Shown one piece after another: positions 1-10,971 of a DNA stretch of 64,000 bases; within the stretch, counting starts at the first letter, position 1, and each line of letters starts with the position of its first letter. The stretch is from Candidatus Woesearchaeota archaeon (GTDB taxonomy: Archaea > Nanobdellota > Nanobdellia > Woesearchaeales > GCA-2686295), in contig CALDOJ010000038.1 of the NCBI GenBank assembly GCA_937912225.1, forward strand, positions 17,408-81,407, read 5' to 3'. The notes beneath the pieces are model-generated. The model was given only the letters and a program-made list of their open reading frames with translations, did no database searches and was not told the DNA's origin. The translations under genes and the position numbers were made by a program.

Positions 1-1
1 A

Positions 2-1039
2 ACTAAAAGTAAATCTTCTTATAAAAATATAGAAGGATTAATTTATAGAACTAAAGATGGATTAGTTGTAAATCCAAAAGCAGCAATTATTCTTGAATTA
101 GATAAGTTACCTTATCCAGATTATAACATGTTCAATCAAAAAATAAGAATTTATCCTTTAGTAACTAGTAGAGGGTGTCCATATAACTGTACTTATTGCT
201 CTGTTGGAGCTATTAGTGGACGAAGATGGAGATATCGTGATGCAGAGGATGTAATCAAAGAATTAAAACATGCTAAAAAGAAATATGGTATGAAAGAATT
301 TGATGTTATTGATGATAATTTTACTTTAAGAATGGACCGAGCAAAAGAAATATGTAGGTTAATAATTAAAAATAAATTAAATTTAAAATGGCATTTTCCA
401 AACGGGATTAGAGCAGATAGACTTGATGAAGAATTATTATCGCTTATGAAAAAATCTGGTTGTGTTTCGATTAATTTGGGTGTTGAGTCAGGAGTTGAAA
501 AAATATTTGATTCTATTCAAAAAGGTGAAAAATTACATAAGATTGTAACTGCAGTTAAATTAATTAAAAAAAGCGGCATAACTTTGAATGGATTTTTTAT
601 TTTAGGGCTTCAAGACAGTACTTACAAAGATGATTTAGAATCATTAAAATTTTCTCAAAAGTTAGGATTAGACAGTGCTATTTGGAACATTTTTGTTCCT
701 TATCCTGAAACACAAATGTATCGAGATGTAATGGCTGCAAAAAATATTACTTTTTTAAGAGATTGGAAAGAAGGTTTTCACTTTGGCGATAATGTAAAAA
801 TTGTTTTTGAAACAGACAAGTATAGTGCTGAAGAAAAAATTAAAATGTATTTTTTAGCAAATCTGAAATCAAAGAATTATGGTATGCTTGCAACAGAGGG
901 TAGTTTTATTAGAAGATTTTTCAGGTTATCAGGAGTAATTTTAAAACATGATTTTATTCGATTTCCTTATCACATAATAAATGCTTTATTTGCGTTCTAT
1001 AAATATCGTGTAAAAACTAATTTAGAAAATATTTTTTGA
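2..1039 (+). CDS. B12-binding/radical SAM domain protein, 5'-truncated at window edge (frame is open from nt 2)
   Basis: CxxxCxxC radical-SAM cluster motif (RGCPYNCTYC) near the first Met. The frame is open upstream to the window start with no stop. It is a paralog of the complete radical-SAM gene at 10972..12420. Confidence 0.7.
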   Translation, partial: TKSKSSYKNIEGLIYRTKDGLVVNPKAAIILELDKLPYPDYNMFNQKIRIYPLVTSRGCPYNCTYCSVGAISGRRWRYRDAEDVIKELKHAKKKYGMKEFDVIDDNFTLRMDRAKEICRLIIKNKLNLKWHFPNGIRADRLDEELLSLMKKSGCVSINLGVESGVEKIFDSIQKGEKLHKIVTAVKLIKKSGITLNGFFILGLQDSTYKDDLESLKFSQKLGLDSAIWNIFVPYPETQMYRDVMAAKNITFLRDWKEGFHFGDNVKIVFETDKYSAEEKIKMYFLANLKSKNYGMLATEGSFIRRFFRLSGVILKHDFIRFPYHIINALFAFYKYRVKTNLENIF

Positions 1040-1041
1040 TT

Positions 1042-2232
1042 TTATTTTAAGAGTTGATGATATTTCTTAAGTAACTGTTTTATATGTTCTTTCCTGTTAA
1101 AATTAGCAATCTCTTTTAGTGAATTCTCAGATAATTTAGCGTATAATTGTTTATTAGTTAATAATAATCTGATTTTTTTTGAGAGTTCTTTTACATTTCC
1201 TGGTTCAAATAGTAAACCTGTTTTATTATCTTTACACCATTCAGGAATACCACCTATATTACTTCCAATTGCAGGAACTCCTTTTGACATTGCTTCTAAC
1301 CCAATAAGTCCAAATTGTTCCATATAAATAGATGGTACTACAATCATTTTTGCTTGTTTATAATAATTTTCTACTTCATCAAAAGATTTTTTACCTTCAA
1401 AAGAAATATTTGTTAATTTATTTTCTTTAACATATTCTTTTAATTTATTTTCTTCTTCACCATAACCCACTATTTTAACTTTTAATTCAGTTTTTTCTTC
1501 TTTAAGTTTTTTTAGTGATTTTAGTAAAATTATCACTCCTTTTTCTCGTTCTAGTCTTCCAACATATAGTAAATCTATTTTTTTTTCATATTGGTTTTTG
1601 TCTTTTTTTATATTGGTATAATAAGGTATTAGAACGGTATTTTTAAATCCGAATTTTTCGCTTTTGCTCTTAACCGCATTAGTTCCACAGACATATAAGT
1701 CAACAATTTTTTTAATGAGTTTATTTCTATAAGGCATATGAATACTAAATGCTAAGAACATAAACTTATCAAACAAAGATTTATGCAAACAATATTTATG
1801 ACATTTTATTCCAATTCCACCCGTACAAACTTTTAATGAATATTTGTGTACGCACCAAATAGTTGGACAAATCAATGCGAAATTGTGAACTGATAAAACA
1901 ACTTTTGCGCGCGATTTATTTGTTGCATGTAATATTGCATTTGTGCTTCTTAATAAACCATGAATGTGAATTATATCCGGATTAATTTTTTTTATGAATT
2001 TTTTTAATTGAAAGTAACATTTAAAATCAAATATGAATCTGTGAAGATATTTCAGTATTTTAGTTTGTTCGTTTTTTATAATGAGTTTGTTCGGATTTTT
2101 TTCTTTCTTCTTTCCAAAACTAAAAATGAACACTTTATGTTTTTCTTTTTTTAGTTCTTCAGCATTCTCAAGGAAAAATCTTTCTTGTCCGCCTCCTTCT
2201 TCAAAAGTTTCATTTATTAATAATATCTTCAT
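1042..2232 (-). CDS. Glycosyltransferase family 4 (GT-B, retaining)
   Basis: C-terminal EX7E-type GT4 signature (EQFGLIGLEAMSKGVPAIGSNIGGIPE..GLLFEPGN). The N-terminus is the typical MKILLINE..GGG GT4 start. Confidence 0.75.
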   Translation of the reverse strand: MKILLINETFEEGGGQERFFLENAEELKKEKHKVFIFSFGKKKEKNPNKLIIKNEQTKILKYLHRFIFDFKCYFQLKKFIKKINPDIIHIHGLLRSTNAILHATNKSRAKVVLSVHNFALICPTIWCVHKYSLKVCTGGIGIKCHKYCLHKSLFDKFMFLAFSIHMPYRNKLIKKIVDLYVCGTNAVKSKSEKFGFKNTVLIPYYTNIKKDKNQYEKKIDLLYVGRLEREKGVIILLKSLKKLKEEKTELKVKIVGYGEEENKLKEYVKENKLTNISFEGKKSFDEVENYYKQAKMIVVPSIYMEQFGLIGLEAMSKGVPAIGSNIGGIPEWCKDNKTGLLFEPGNVKELSKKIRLLLTNKQLYAKLSENSLKEIANFNRKEHIKQLLKKYHQLLK

Positions 2233-3458
2233 TGTTCTAAAATTGTATTATAAGTTTTTACAAGCTTCTCGATTATAATTTTTTCTTCGTATTGCTTGAC
2301 TATTGTTTCGCTGATTTTATTATTAAATTTTATTTTTAATGCTTTGTTTATAGCTTTTACAAGTTTAGATGGGTTATTTGGTTCAACTAATATTCCAGTT
2401 CCGGGTTTAATTGTTTCACTTATTCCTCCAACATCAGACCCTATGACTAATTTTCCAGCAGCCATTGCTTCTATTGAAATTCTTCCAAACGGTTCTGGCC
2501 ATAATGATGGAAATACAACTACATCAGTTTCTGCATATAATCTTGGTATTTCTTCATAACTTACTACTTCATGTACTTCTGCATCTAGTTTATCTTTATT
2601 TATCATTTCTTTTAATTCTTCTTTCATGCTTCCTTGTCCATATAAATCGCAATGATAATTAGTTCCTTTTATTGCTTTTAATAGAATTTGTGGTCCTTTG
2701 AATTGAGTATATGATCCTAAATATAATATTTTCTTCTTTTTGTTTTTATTTTTTTGTTTATAAAATTGGCTTGTATTTATAGCATTTGGTATTACTATTC
2801 CTTTGCTTCCATGTTTTTGAAGTAATCTATCTATATAATTGCTTATTGCGATGTTTGTTGAATACTTTAATCCTTCATTCAAATTTTTATAGAACCAATA
2901 TAAATAAATCCATGCTATAGGATTATATTTCAAAAACCATTTATTTTTCATCTTACCTATTTCTTTTGATTTCATTTGGCATTTTACAAACATAGAAAAA
3001 TTACACACTTTTTTACATTCTTGTTCCCCATTATACAAACGATCTCCTTTAGGACACATCGTAGGATAACTTTCAATAGTTGAGACTAGAGGTATTGCAA
3101 GTTTACTTAATTCTTTTGCAGTAATTATGCTTGTTCCAATAAAATGAATTAAATCAATATTTATCTCGTTAATCATTTTTGATGTTTCTTCTATAATGCT
3201 TTTTGGATAAGTAAAACTTCTTTTTAAATTATTTAACAATGTATAAGCATCATCTCCAGTTTTCAGTCTTCTGTAAACTTTGACACCATCCATAAGTTCG
3301 TATTCTTTTAATCCTTTATGTGAAGATGTTAAAACAATAACTTCAATTTTTTTTTTAACTAACGCTTTAGTTATAAGAAACAAATTAATTTCACCACCAC
3401 CCATTACTTTTGGCGGAAAATATTCTGAAATAAATAATATTGAAAGCTTTTTTCCCAT
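2229..3458 (-). CDS. Glycosyltransferase family 4
   Basis: N-terminal ILFISEYFPPKVMGGGE and C-terminal EPFGRISIEAMAAGKLVIGSDVGGISE motifs. Its 4-nt overlap with the downstream GT4 gene indicates an operon. Confidence 0.75.
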   Translation of the reverse strand: MGKKLSILFISEYFPPKVMGGGEINLFLITKALVKKKIEVIVLTSSHKGLKEYELMDGVKVYRRLKTGDDAYTLLNNLKRSFTYPKSIIEETSKMINEINIDLIHFIGTSIITAKELSKLAIPLVSTIESYPTMCPKGDRLYNGEQECKKVCNFSMFVKCQMKSKEIGKMKNKWFLKYNPIAWIYLYWFYKNLNEGLKYSTNIAISNYIDRLLQKHGSKGIVIPNAINTSQFYKQKNKNKKKKILYLGSYTQFKGPQILLKAIKGTNYHCDLYGQGSMKEELKEMINKDKLDAEVHEVVSYEEIPRLYAETDVVVFPSLWPEPFGRISIEAMAAGKLVIGSDVGGISETIKPGTGILVEPNNPSKLVKAINKALKIKFNNKISETIVKQYEEKIIIEKLVKTYNTILEQ

Positions 3459-3522
3459 ACTACACTTTAGGTTTATGGTAATATAAAAAGCTTTTTAATT
3501 AAAAGAATTATCTTTTTATTTA

Positions 3523-4275
3523 ATGAAAGACATTTACATTCAGAAACCATTAAAAAAAATAATGGTCGAATCAAATAAACAATCTTTTACATTAACTAAA
3601 ATTAGTCGTTTAAGATATCAAAACAACTTATTAATTCTTATCAACTATCTTCCAAAGAAAGCTAAAGTTCTTGACCTTGGTTGTGGTTCAGGTCATATAA
3701 TGGCTGCTTTAAAATATTTAAGACCAGATGTTTCTATAGTCGGTATTAATCCATTAAAAGATTATCTTTGGCCAACTGTTAAAAAACAGTTTAATGTTTC
3801 TTTTAAAATAGGAACGGGTTCTAAAATACCTTTTAAAAATAATTATTTTGATGCAGTTTTATCTATTGGAGTAATGGAACATGTTCACGAATTTTATAAA
3901 GGAAAAGGTAATCCTGAAAAAGAGTATTTGAAAGAAGTTTATCGTGTTCTAAAGAAAAAAGGAATTTTTTTTATAACTCATCTTCCAAATAAATATTCTT
4001 TTAATGAAAATGTGGCAAAACTTATTGGAGTAAAACCTCATGCTCATCCTTATTCTAAAAAACAAGCTATTAAATCATTAAATAAACAGAAATTTCATGT
4101 TGAGTTGTTTCATAGAGAACATTTCATTCCATCTTATTTTAATTTAGTAAGTGGATTTATAGGTTCATTTATGAATAAAGGTTATTGGTTTGTAATTAAT
4201 CTTGATAAATTTCTAATGTTAACACCATTAAGATTATTTTGTCAAAGTTTTTTAATAGTTGCAAGAAAAAAGTAA
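3523..4275 (+). CDS. Class I SAM-dependent methyltransferase
   Basis: Motif I VLDLGCGSGHIM and a post-I acidic residue pattern (Methyltransf_11-like). Confidence 0.65.
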   Translation: MKDIYIQKPLKKIMVESNKQSFTLTKISRLRYQNNLLILINYLPKKAKVLDLGCGSGHIMAALKYLRPDVSIVGINPLKDYLWPTVKKQFNVSFKIGTGSKIPFKNNYFDAVLSIGVMEHVHEFYKGKGNPEKEYLKEVYRVLKKKGIFFITHLPNKYSFNENVAKLIGVKPHAHPYSKKQAIKSLNKQKFHVELFHREHFIPSYFNLVSGFIGSFMNKGYWFVINLDKFLMLTPLRLFCQSFLIVARKK

Positions 4276-4278
4276 ATA

Positions 4279-5427
4279 TTAAATTTTAAGCAAAGCATTA
4301 TATTCTTTTATTGTTTGTTTTGAAATATTTTTCCAATCATAATTTTTAACTAATTCTTTTTCTTCTTTAATTTTGTTCTCATATTCTTTTTTATTTTTCA
4401 AAAGCGAAAGTATTTTTTTAGCTAAATCTTCATGATTATTTTGTTTAAATAAAAATCCTCCTTTACCATTTTGTGTAACCTCTTTAAACGGTTCAATGTC
4501 TGAAATGACGTAAGGAGTTTTGCAAGCCATAGCTTCAACAACAGTTATTCCAAAACCTTCAAGAACGGATGCATTACAATAAACATGGCTGCTTTTTACA
4601 GTTTTAATAACATCTTCTTGTTTTTTAACAAAACCTAAAAATTTAACATTATCTTTTAGACCTAAATCAGAACTTAATTGTTTAAGATTGGCAAGTTCTT
4701 CTCCTTGTCCAACAATTTTACATTGAATATTTGGAACTTCTTTTTTAACTATTGCAACAGCTTTGATAACATCGCTTGTTCTTTTAGCCGGAGTTAATCT
4801 ATTCACACAAGAAATAGTTGGAAGAGATTCTTTTTTGATTTTAATTTTTTGATATTTTGAAACTTCAACACCATTAGGAATTACAATAATATTTTCTTTT
4901 TCAATACCGTTTTTTTCAAGTCTTTTTTTAGTAAATTCACTAACACTTATTATTTTAGTCCAATCTTTTTTTAGACTAAACCACTCCCATAATCCGCCAA
5001 ATATTCCTGTAACTAAACCTTTATTTTTTATCCATTCGCCAAGCCAAGTTTCGTGGTAAGTAATTATTTTTGAAATCTCCAATTTTTTTCCAATATAATA
5101 AGTAGGAAGATATGTAATGAAACTATAACCATCAACTAAATCAATATTTTTTAATTTTGAACCAATTTTATAAGCATTATAAGCAAAATTTAATCTTGAA
5201 AAAAATGAACCACTATGAGAATAATTGTGATTCATTCCAACTCGTAAAATTTTAATCCCATCAAATGAATCTTTTCTTTTCTCGCTGTTCTTATAAGAAG
5301 TAATAATTGTAACTGAATGATTCTTTGCAAGTTCTTTAGCAATATAATAACATCTTGCTTCAACACCACCAGTAATTTCGCCTTTAGAAGAACTAGGAAA
5401 ATATTCAGTAATAAGAAGAACATTCAT
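4279..5427 (-). CDS. Glycosyltransferase family 4
   Basis: LLITEYFP..GG N-terminus and EGFGITVVEAMACKTPYVISD motif. Confidence 0.75.
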   Translation of the reverse strand: MNVLLITEYFPSSSKGEITGGVEARCYYIAKELAKNHSVTIITSYKNSEKRKDSFDGIKILRVGMNHNYSHSGSFFSRLNFAYNAYKIGSKLKNIDLVDGYSFITYLPTYYIGKKLEISKIITYHETWLGEWIKNKGLVTGIFGGLWEWFSLKKDWTKIISVSEFTKKRLEKNGIEKENIIVIPNGVEVSKYQKIKIKKESLPTISCVNRLTPAKRTSDVIKAVAIVKKEVPNIQCKIVGQGEELANLKQLSSDLGLKDNVKFLGFVKKQEDVIKTVKSSHVYCNASVLEGFGITVVEAMACKTPYVISDIEPFKEVTQNGKGGFLFKQNNHEDLAKKILSLLKNKKEYENKIKEEKELVKNYDWKNISKQTIKEYNALLKI

Positions 5428-5753
5428 TTTCTTTTTTTGTGAATAGAAATTTCTCTGACTAATTTTGTGATGTTCTGCTCAATTGTTTCAAGTTTAATAA
5501 GAAGCCTAAAAACCATATAAAATAATAAGATTATACTAACATAAATTAAAATATCAACAGGTCTTCCAATACCAACAAAAGTAGATAACTTATTAAAAAT
5601 AGAAGGAATGATTGCAACTATAATAATTCCAATCCAAATAACTGACCAAAATACTAATCCTTTCCAAGTAATATTTTTATCTTTAAATCTAAGAACTGCT
5701 CTACTAAGTGCAAAAAGAGCGAATATAATCCCAAGGATTTGAATGATTTGCAT
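5424..5753 (-). CDS. Small 3-TM membrane protein (DUF2304-like), translationally coupled to the upstream GT4 gene
   Basis: 109 aa with three hydrophobic helices. It overlaps the GT4 gene by 4 nt. This family is commonly found beside glycosyltransferases. Confidence 0.4.
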   Translation of the reverse strand: MQIIQILGIIFALFALSRAVLRFKDKNITWKGLVFWSVIWIGIIIVAIIPSIFNKLSTFVGIGRPVDILIYVSIILLFYMVFRLLIKLETIEQNITKLVREISIHKKRK

Positions 5754-5902
5754 TTTTAATAGAATTAATAGTTGTATTTATTTAAATCTTTCTTTATGCT
5801 GATAATTAGAATTATAACTTGAGATTAATATTTGATTATTGTATTAAATATGAACACAGAAAGATTTATAAATTGTTTCTAATATCGTTTAATTAATTAA
5901 AA

Positions 5903-6892
5903 ATGGACTCTTTATTAAAAAACAAATCTGTTTTAGTAACAGGAGCGTCAGGATTCTTAGGCGGACATCTAATTGAAAAATTATTATTAAAAGGTGCACG
6001 AGTAGTAGGATTAGTTCATGATTTTAAAAAAAATTCTTATATTAATATTGAAGGTTTAGATAAAAAAATAGATGTTTGTAGAGGAGATATTAATAATTTA
6101 AATCAAATGACTCAAATCATGGCTGTTTATGAGATTGAATATGTATTTCATTGTGCTGCGAATCCTATTGTTAAAACTTGTTCAAATGATCCGGTTGGTT
6201 GTTTTCAGACAAATATAATGGGAACTACAATGGTCTTAGAAGCTTGTAGAAGAGTAGGCCATGTCAAAGGAGTTCTTTGTATGGAAAGTGATAAATCTTA
6301 TGGTTCATTTGATATTAACGATTTGCCTTATAAAGAAGATCAAGCTCTTAAACCTTCAAATGTTTATGAAGTTTCTAAAGCTTGTACTGGTTTTATAGCA
6401 AGAGCATATAATCATAATTATAATATACCAACTTTTACAATTAGAGGTGCAAATTTATATGGTCCTGGAGATATGAATTTAAGTAGATTAGTACCTGGTT
6501 CTATGCTTAGAATTTTAAATGATGAAGAACCTTTTTTATATGAAGGAGTTGCAAATTATACTAGAGAATTTCTTTATGTTGTAGATGCTGCTAAAGCAAT
6601 AATTTCTTTAATGGAACAAATTAATAAAGTTAAAGGATTACCAATTAATTTAGGTTCTGGAGATAAACATGAAATTGGTGAATTTATGAATCAGATTTGT
6701 CATGTGATGAATTCGAAAAAGAAAGTACGAATTGAAAAAAAAGATTTTGTCTTTAAAGAAATTAAAGAACAATGGTTAGATTTAACAAGAATGAAAGAGT
6801 TACTACCTAATTTAAAATTCACAAATGTTACAGAAGGTTTGAAACAAACAGCTGATTGGTATACGAAATTTCATAATACTAAAAGACAATAA
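5903..6892 (+). CDS. NAD-dependent epimerase/dehydratase (SDR family)
   Basis: Rossmann motif VLVTGASGFLGGHLIEKLL and catalytic YxxxK (YEVSK). Confidence 0.75.
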   Translation: MDSLLKNKSVLVTGASGFLGGHLIEKLLLKGARVVGLVHDFKKNSYINIEGLDKKIDVCRGDINNLNQMTQIMAVYEIEYVFHCAANPIVKTCSNDPVGCFQTNIMGTTMVLEACRRVGHVKGVLCMESDKSYGSFDINDLPYKEDQALKPSNVYEVSKACTGFIARAYNHNYNIPTFTIRGANLYGPGDMNLSRLVPGSMLRILNDEEPFLYEGVANYTREFLYVVDAAKAIISLMEQINKVKGLPINLGSGDKHEIGEFMNQICHVMNSKKKVRIEKKDFVFKEIKEQWLDLTRMKELLPNLKFTNVTEGLKQTADWYTKFHNTKRQ

Positions 6893-6983
6893 TATTTTTC
6901 TCTACTCTTCCTCTTGAACTTATTTAATTAAAAACATAAAGTATATAAACAATTTATAATATCTTTTCATCTAGGGGGAAATC

Positions 6984-9900
6984 ATGAGTAAGAAAGAAGA
7001 AGATTTTGGATTTGATTTTAAAAAAATATCTAATTTTTTTAAAAAATCTAATAAAACAATTAAATCAAAAAATATCAAATCAGATGATGATTTCGGTTTA
7101 AATTTTTCTTTATTAAAAACAATTTTTTCTAATAAAGTTTTTCTTACAATCATTTTAATTTTAATTCCTATGTTTTTTAGTATTTTTTTTAGAGCTTATT
7201 CTATTAATTTACCTGTAACTGATGATTGGGCTTATAGTAGTGCTATTTCTAATATAAGAAATCAAATAACTGGTCAAATTAATCAACAATATCCTAATCT
7301 TCCAAGTATGAATAAGAATCAACTAATAGACGAACAAGTAGCACTTGTTTTTGAACAACAAGGAGCACAAATTAATCAACAAATAGAACAAACTTCTCAA
7401 TTCTTTAAAACAAAATTTCAAGATGAATCAGGTCAAACTTATCTTTTAGCAATTGATCCATATTTTTATTATAGATATGCTAGAAATCTTGTAGAAAAAG
7501 GTCACTATGGAGATTCAGTATCAAATGGAGTTCATTATGATGATCATATGTATGCTCCAATTGGAAGAACTATGCCTCTTAATGCACATCCATTCATTGA
7601 ATATTATCTTTATAAATTAGTATCTTTTTTTAATAAAAATGTAAGTTTAATGGCAGTAGTATTTTTTATTCCAATTATTCTTTCAGCCTTATGTGTAATT
7701 CCTGCATTTTTTATTGCAAAAAGAAGAGCAGGTTATTTTGGCGGATTCATTACTGCCATGTTTATTGCAGTTCAAACTTCGTTTTTAGGAAGAACTGCAG
7801 GTGGATTTGCAGATACGGATGCATATAACGTTTTATTTCCATTATTAATTGCATGGATATTTTTAGAAGCTTTTGAAACTACTAATCTTAAGAAAAAAAT
7901 CTCTTTAAGTTTTTTAGCAAGTCTTTTAATGGGACTTTTTAGTTTTATTTGGGTTGGATGGTGGTACATCTTTGACTTTTTATTAGCTGTTATGATTATT
8001 TATGTAGGATATCAAATAGTTAAATTATTACTTTTAAAAGAATCTATTAAGAAAATTGCTTATAACAAAAATATTTATCAAACATTATTAACTCTTGGTA
8101 TTTTTATTCTTTTATCAGGTTTATTTGTATCATCATTTACTTCTTTTGGAAATTTTAAACAGTCAATTGATGGACCTATTAGTTTTAGAAATATTAAACA
8201 AGCTGCAGAAATAGATTTATGGCCTAATGTTTATACAACGGTTGCAGAACTTAATTCCGCATCATTAGGGTCAATTATTGCTCAAATGGGCGGAAAATTC
8301 TTTTTCTTTATTGCAGGTTTAGGAATCATGCTTTCTTTATTAAAACAAGGAGATTTTAGAAAAAAAGACGCATTATTTTTAAGTGTAGGAATATTAATTT
8401 TATTATACTTAATATCAAACTCTGCATTAAGTTTATCTCCTATCACATATTTACTAATATTTTCACTTCCAATAATCATAGGTTTTATTCTTCTTTTGAA
8501 AGATGAAAGAAAAATAGATATAAAGTTTGCAATGTTAATAGTTATATGGTTTATTGGAACAATTTATGCTTCAACAAAAGGAACTCGTTTTACATTATTA
8601 TTAGTTCCTGCATTAAGTATAGCAATTGGAGTTTCGTTAGGTCTTATTAAGAATTTCTTATCTTCATGGACTGCTCAAGAATTTAAAATTAATAAAAGAG
8701 TTGTTAGCGGAATATTTATTGTTTTATTGGCATTATTATTAATTAACCCAATTAAAGCAGCTCATAATGTTGCTAAAAGCGAAATTCCAAGTATGAGTGA
8801 TGCTTGGTGGGAAAGTTTAACTCAAATTAAAGAAGAATCACAACCTGATGCAATTATTAATTCATGGTGGGACTTTGGACATTGGTTTAAAGCAGTTGCT
8901 GATAGAGCTGTAACTTTTGATGGTGGTTCTCAAGCAACGCCTATGGCTCATTGGATTGGAAAAACACTTTTAACAGCAGATGAAGATCAAGCTATTGCAA
9001 TTCTTCACATGTTAGATTGTGGAAGTAATAAATTATTTGAAACAATTAACAAAAAATATGTTGATACAGAGAAATCCGTTAATGTTGTTTATGAATTATT
9101 AACTATGAATGAAGAAGAAGCAGTTGTATATCTTCAGAATCTTGGTTTTGGTGAAGAAGCATTAGCTAATGTTTCAAAATACATGTACTGTGAACCTCCT
9201 GAAAACTATTTTATCACATCAGAAGATATGGTGGGTAAAGCAGGTGTATGGAGTCATTTTGGAAGTTGGGATTTTGATAAATCATTCATTTATTCTTATG
9301 TGAAAAATAAAAAAGTAGATGAAGCAATTCCTCTTTTAACAGAAAGATTTAATTTAACAGAAGATCAAGCAGCTGATTATTATTATGAAGTTCAATCATT
9401 AACAACTGATACTGCTGCTAACAATTGGATTGCACCTTGGCCAAATTATGTAACTCCAAGATGGGTTGGTTGTAAAAATGAATCTGCAGAAATCTTTACT
9501 TGCAATATGAATATAGCTATTGGTCAAAGCAATCAAAATCAACAAGTATACATAGAAAGAGCCAATATTAATCTTTCAGATTTAGAAGCGACATATTTAA
9601 CTTTAGCTTTTGTAGATTCTAATACAGGAACTAAAGTTGGCGAATCAACTAGTAAACCTAAAGGAATTGTAATTGCAGATGCTGAATCAATGACTAGAAC
9701 TGATTTAGAAGCAACAGACTTCTTATTTGACATGGTCCTTGATACAGTTGGTAAAAGAGCTTTATTAACAGACCCTGCTCTTGCACAATCTATTTTTACA
9801 AAACTATTTTATTTTGATGGAAAATACACTGAACATTTTGATAAATTTAGTGATAAAACATCTGTAACTGGTCAAAGAATAATTGTTTGGAAAGTTGATT

Positions 9901-9995
9901 GGGATGGAAAAGAAGATACTGTTGTTGAAGAAACTATAAATGAAGTTCTTGAAGAAGTTATTGTAGAAGAACCTGTTTCTGAAGAAATGGCTTAG
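6984..9995 (+). CDS. aglB: Archaeal oligosaccharyltransferase AglB (STT3 family)
   Basis: 1003 aa with a polytopic N-terminal domain and a soluble C-terminal domain. The WWDYG signature is present as WWDFGHW. A GGGGG Shine-Dalgarno sits 7 nt upstream of the ATG. Confidence 0.88.
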   Translation: MSKKEEDFGFDFKKISNFFKKSNKTIKSKNIKSDDDFGLNFSLLKTIFSNKVFLTIILILIPMFFSIFFRAYSINLPVTDDWAYSSAISNIRNQITGQINQQYPNLPSMNKNQLIDEQVALVFEQQGAQINQQIEQTSQFFKTKFQDESGQTYLLAIDPYFYYRYARNLVEKGHYGDSVSNGVHYDDHMYAPIGRTMPLNAHPFIEYYLYKLVSFFNKNVSLMAVVFFIPIILSALCVIPAFFIAKRRAGYFGGFITAMFIAVQTSFLGRTAGGFADTDAYNVLFPLLIAWIFLEAFETTNLKKKISLSFLASLLMGLFSFIWVGWWYIFDFLLAVMIIYVGYQIVKLLLLKESIKKIAYNKNIYQTLLTLGIFILLSGLFVSSFTSFGNFKQSIDGPISFRNIKQAAEIDLWPNVYTTVAELNSASLGSIIAQMGGKFFFFIAGLGIMLSLLKQGDFRKKDALFLSVGILILLYLISNSALSLSPITYLLIFSLPIIIGFILLLKDERKIDIKFAMLIVIWFIGTIYASTKGTRFTLLLVPALSIAIGVSLGLIKNFLSSWTAQEFKINKRVVSGIFIVLLALLLINPIKAAHNVAKSEIPSMSDAWWESLTQIKEESQPDAIINSWWDFGHWFKAVADRAVTFDGGSQATPMAHWIGKTLLTADEDQAIAILHMLDCGSNKLFETINKKYVDTEKSVNVVYELLTMNEEEAVVYLQNLGFGEEALANVSKYMYCEPPENYFITSEDMVGKAGVWSHFGSWDFDKSFIYSYVKNKKVDEAIPLLTERFNLTEDQAADYYYEVQSLTTDTAANNWIAPWPNYVTPRWVGCKNESAEIFTCNMNIAIGQSNQNQQVYIERANINLSDLEATYLTLAFVDSNTGTKVGESTSKPKGIVIADAESMTRTDLEATDFLFDMVLDTVGKRALLTDPALAQSIFTKLFYFDGKYTEHFDKFSDKTSVTGQRIIVWKVDWDGKEDTVVEETINEVLEEVIVEEPVSEEMA

Positions 9996-10040
9996 TTTCT
10001 TATAAAGATTTAAAAATAATACTTATTTATTAAAATTAAA

Positions 10041-10967
10041 ATGACTATCGATATATCTATTCTTATACCAGCGTATAATGAAGAACAGAATGTTTCTTTA
10101 TTGTATGAAAGATTAAAAAAAGTTCTTTTTCCTTTGAAAGGTTCTTATGAATTAATATTTATTGATGATGGAAGTAAAGATAAGACTTTATTTGAATTAA
10201 AAAAGTTAAATAAAAAAGATTCTATAGTAAAAATTATTAGTTTTAAGAAAAATTTTGGTAAAGCAGCAGCTCTTAATGCAGGTTTTGAAGTTGCTAAAGG
10301 AGAAATTGTATTTACTATGGATGCTGACCTTCAGGATGATCCAAAAGAAATTCCAAGATTCATAAAAAAACTTGATGAAGGTTATGACATGGTTTCTGGT
10401 TGGAAATTTAAAAGATATGACCCAATTTCAAAAACTATTCCTTCAAAATTTTTTAATTGGCTTACAAAAGTTACAACAGGAGTTAATATTCATGATTCTA
10501 ATTGCGGTTTTAAAGCTTATAGAAAAGATGTTGTTAAAAATGTAAATGTTTATGGAGAACTTCACCGTTATATTCCTGCTCTTGCTCATTGGAAAGGATT
10601 TTCAGTTGGAGAAATCAAAGTTCAACATCATGCAAGAAAGTTTGGAAAAAGCAAATATGGAACTAAAAGACTTATTAACGGATTTTTTGATCTTATAACA
10701 GTTAAATTTCTAAGTTCATTTCAATCTAAACCACTTCATTTTTTTGGCATTATTAGCCTTTTTTGTGGTCTTATTGGAATTATCTCAATGGTTTATTTAT
10801 TTTATCTAAAATTATTAGGGTCAAGCATTGGTGACCGTCCTTTATTTCTTTTAAGCATACTTTCAATAATATTAAGCATTCAGTTTATATCTTTAGGCTT
10901 AATTGGTGAAATGATTACTTTTAATTCTAAAAAGGAAAACTATATAATTAAAGAGAAAATTCTTTAG
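10041..10967 (+). CDS. GT2 dolichyl-phosphate hexose synthase (Dpm1/AglD/AglJ-like) with C-terminal TM helices
   Basis: ISILIPAYNEE, IFIDDGSKDKT and DADLQDDP (DxD) motifs of GT2 polyprenol-phosphate glycosyltransferases, plus two C-terminal TM helices. Confidence 0.8.
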   Translation: MTIDISILIPAYNEEQNVSLLYERLKKVLFPLKGSYELIFIDDGSKDKTLFELKKLNKKDSIVKIISFKKNFGKAAALNAGFEVAKGEIVFTMDADLQDDPKEIPRFIKKLDEGYDMVSGWKFKRYDPISKTIPSKFFNWLTKVTTGVNIHDSNCGFKAYRKDVVKNVNVYGELHRYIPALAHWKGFSVGEIKVQHHARKFGKSKYGTKRLINGFFDLITVKFLSSFQSKPLHFFGIISLFCGLIGIISMVYLFYLKLLGSSIGDRPLFLLSILSIILSIQFISLGLIGEMITFNSKKENYIIKEKIL

Positions 10968-10971
10968 ATAA

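Noticed and set aside
2081-2662. ORF-track entries 2081..2278, 2296..2559, 2465..2662 (and similar: 3280..3486, 5232..5423, 6971..7153, 7772..7969, 8282..8479, 9539..9733)
   Set aside because: They lie antisense to, or out of frame within, long well-supported glycosyltransferase and AglB genes. Low-complexity Leu/Phe/Ile-rich translations are typical of AT-rich antisense frames.
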